Source: Spirochaetaceae bacterium (GTDB lineage: Bacteria; Spirochaetota; Spirochaetia; DSM-2461). From it: DNA of 64,000 bases. The stretch covers positions 160,001 through 224,000 of the forward strand of contig OZ245056.1 in the NCBI GenBank assembly GCA_965224705.1. Direction: 5' to 3'. Shown here piece after piece: positions 62,626 through 64,000 of this stretch; position 1 is the first letter of the stretch, and every line of letters starts with the position of its first letter. Position numbers and translations under genes: made by a program. Below the pieces are notes generated by a model. It saw only the letters and a program-made list of their open reading frames with translations. It had not been told where the DNA came from and made no database searches.

Positions 62626-62690
62626 AGCGGGCGGGAAATCTCTATTTTTTAACCGCAGAGGACGCAGAAAGCGCAGAGTGTTCAAGGTAA
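62622..62690 (+). pseudogene. N-terminal stub of DGR-type reverse transcriptase (MKRAGNLY), truncated
   Basis: ATG overlaps the HRDC stop (ATGA). MKRAGNLY resembles the MKRxGNLY/F N-terminus of DGR RTs. The sequence switches to a REP-like repeat at about 62646-62651 and stops at 62690. Confidence 0.55.
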
Positions 62691-62747
62691 ATATTGACCA
62701 ATTTTTTATGCTATATTTCTCTGCGCAGCTCCGCGTCCTCTGCGGTT
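62651..62747. repeat. REP-like inverted repeat pair
   Basis: AACCGCAGAGGACGCAGAAAGCGCAGAG (62651-62678) versus CTCTGCGCAGCTCCGCGTCCTCTGCGGTT (62719-62747). Confidence 0.8.
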
Positions 62748-62868
62748 TATCCCCAGAAAGAATTATATCAAAGAGGACTGGATTTTTTTGTACTATGGAT
62801 AGGTACTATGGACTTCTCACGGAGGCACGGAGGTGGGGAACTCGGAATGCAGGGGAGGCTTGTTTCTG

Positions 62869-63735
62869 TTAGAGCTTTTTGAGCTCTTCTTCGCTTAGGC
62901 CGGTGGCCTTGATGATGATGTCAAGGGAGACTCCGGCGGCTTTGAAGTCTTTGACTGTTTGGGTTATGCCTTTCTCTATGCCTTTTTCCATGCCGTCGTT
63001 CCAGGATTCATCCAGACCGCTTAGATAATCCCTTCTCCATTTCTCTTTGGCTTCCAGCCTGTCAAGCATGGCTTGATCGGCGGTGAATGTGGTGTAGAGT
63101 TTATGGGCCTCCTGAATATACGGGTTGTCTCCCAATAGCACTCGCATCTCGTCCTCCTTTAAGTAACCTTCGTACTTGAAAAAATAGCACCATCGCTCAA
63201 AGTCGCTCCTAAAAGTCAAGTTGTCTTTGTTGGGAAAGGTCATCTTCGACAGCTCCATAAACATGATGCACAGATGATCCGTCAACACCAGCTCTGGATT
63301 ATCCTTTTCCGTAATATGAAAGCAGGTGTAATACTCCTCCAACTGCGGAAAAATGGGTGTGCCAACCAGATTGATGCAAATAACCGGATTGAGCATGGTG
63401 TACACATCGGATTTCTTCAATTGGCTCTGGTAGTTCTTTGCCCAGTAGAGCAGACTGCGATTGGCAAAATACTCGCCGGTGGAAATTTGTATTTCTATGT
63501 CGATAATGCGTTTGTGACTGTCTCTTGCCTTGACATCCAGTATGGTTTCCTTGTCGTTGAAGTACTCTTTCAGGTTGTAGGGGTTAAGTATCTCGACGCT
63601 GATAACCGGACTTAATCCCTTTGGGGTTAAAAACGCATTGATGAAATTCGCCAGCAGGCTGGTGTTTTTCTCATCGCCCAGAAGGGCACGGGCAAACAAG
63701 TCAGACAGCGGATCGAACGGTCTGGTTGATTCCAT
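62869..63735 (-). CDS. Rpn family recombination-promoting nuclease / PD-(D/E)XK putative transposase
   Basis: SDLFARALLG, LLANFINAFL, ILDVKARD...IDIEIQ, RSLLYWAK, ELSK and GMEKGIEKG...IIKATGLS motifs. Confidence 0.93.
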   Translation of the reverse strand: MESTRPFDPLSDLFARALLGDEKNTSLLANFINAFLTPKGLSPVISVEILNPYNLKEYFNDKETILDVKARDSHKRIIDIEIQISTGEYFANRSLLYWAKNYQSQLKKSDVYTMLNPVICINLVGTPIFPQLEEYYTCFHITEKDNPELVLTDHLCIMFMELSKMTFPNKDNLTFRSDFERWCYFFKYEGYLKEDEMRVLLGDNPYIQEAHKLYTTFTADQAMLDRLEAKEKWRRDYLSGLDESWNDGMEKGIEKGITQTVKDFKAAGVSLDIIIKATGLSEEELKKL

Positions 63736-63848
63736 GGATTTACATTACGGGAGTTTTGGTGTTTATGCAAGGGATATTTCTCACGGAGGACACGGGGGCA
63801 CGGAGGTGGGGCTGTCAAATGCCGGGGAGGCTGCGGGGGGATTTTCCT

Positions 63849-64000
63849 GTTAGCGCTTTTGGATCTCCTCTTTGCTCAGGCCGGTGGCCTTGATGATGTC
63901 AAGGAAAACTCCGGCGGCCTTGAAGTCTTTGACTGTTTGCATTATGCCTTCAAATGCTGAAATAGGATCACTGTAGAAGGAATAATTGATGAAATTCTTT
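63849..64000 (-). pseudogene. Internally deleted Rpn paralog or stand-alone Rpn C-terminal module (5' part outside window)
   Basis: Open frame KNFINYSFYSDPISAFEGIMQTVKDFKAAGVFLDIIKATGLSKEEIQKR*. The last ~33 codons are a close nucleotide copy of the 3' end of the 62869-63735 gene. Confidence 0.7.

Noticed and set aside
62790..62812. Short tandem GTACTATGGA x2
   Set aside because: Only two units and no spacers; not a CRISPR array.
61862..64000. DGR template repeat (AAC-rich copy of the VR) or a full reverse transcriptase
   Set aside because: No AAC-rich GGSWNNN-like copy and no RT ORF with a (Y/F)xDD motif is visible on either strand, so an intact DGR is not claimed.

Overview
This is a chromosomal window from a spirochete (Spirochaetaceae-like), inferred from the LptD-like/uvrA synteny, the E-C-A-B-D-I-K V-type ATPase operon, a large spirochete coiled-coil protein and a solitary groES. 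Positions 1 to about 57,300 are mostly housekeeping genes: phoH, lptD-like, uvrA, a probably Na+-type V-ATPase, rsgA, murI, copA/copZ, glycerate kinase, cysE, manA, grpE-dnaK-dnaJ, der, tlyA, rny, a GldAFG-like ABC system and groES. Small non-autonomous inverted-repeat elements are scattered among them, one nested inside another. From about 57,400 to the end is an accessory region, visibly more GC-rich in its first ~5 kb. It holds a secreted caspase-domain (C14) protein translationally coupled to an FGE-sulfatase/CLec lipoprotein whose 3' end looks like a diversified DGR variable repeat. That gene is followed by a cluster of short-loop hairpins, a frameshifted HRDC gene and only the first 8 codons of a DGR-type reverse transcriptase, cut off by a REP-like inverted repeat. 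Together these look like a decayed diversity-generating retroelement, and no template repeat is visible in the window. The window ends with an Rpn/PD-(D/E)XK gene carrying a strong internal RBS (candidate intragenic antitoxin) and an internally deleted tandem paralog. All calls are from reading the sequence only; no searches were run.
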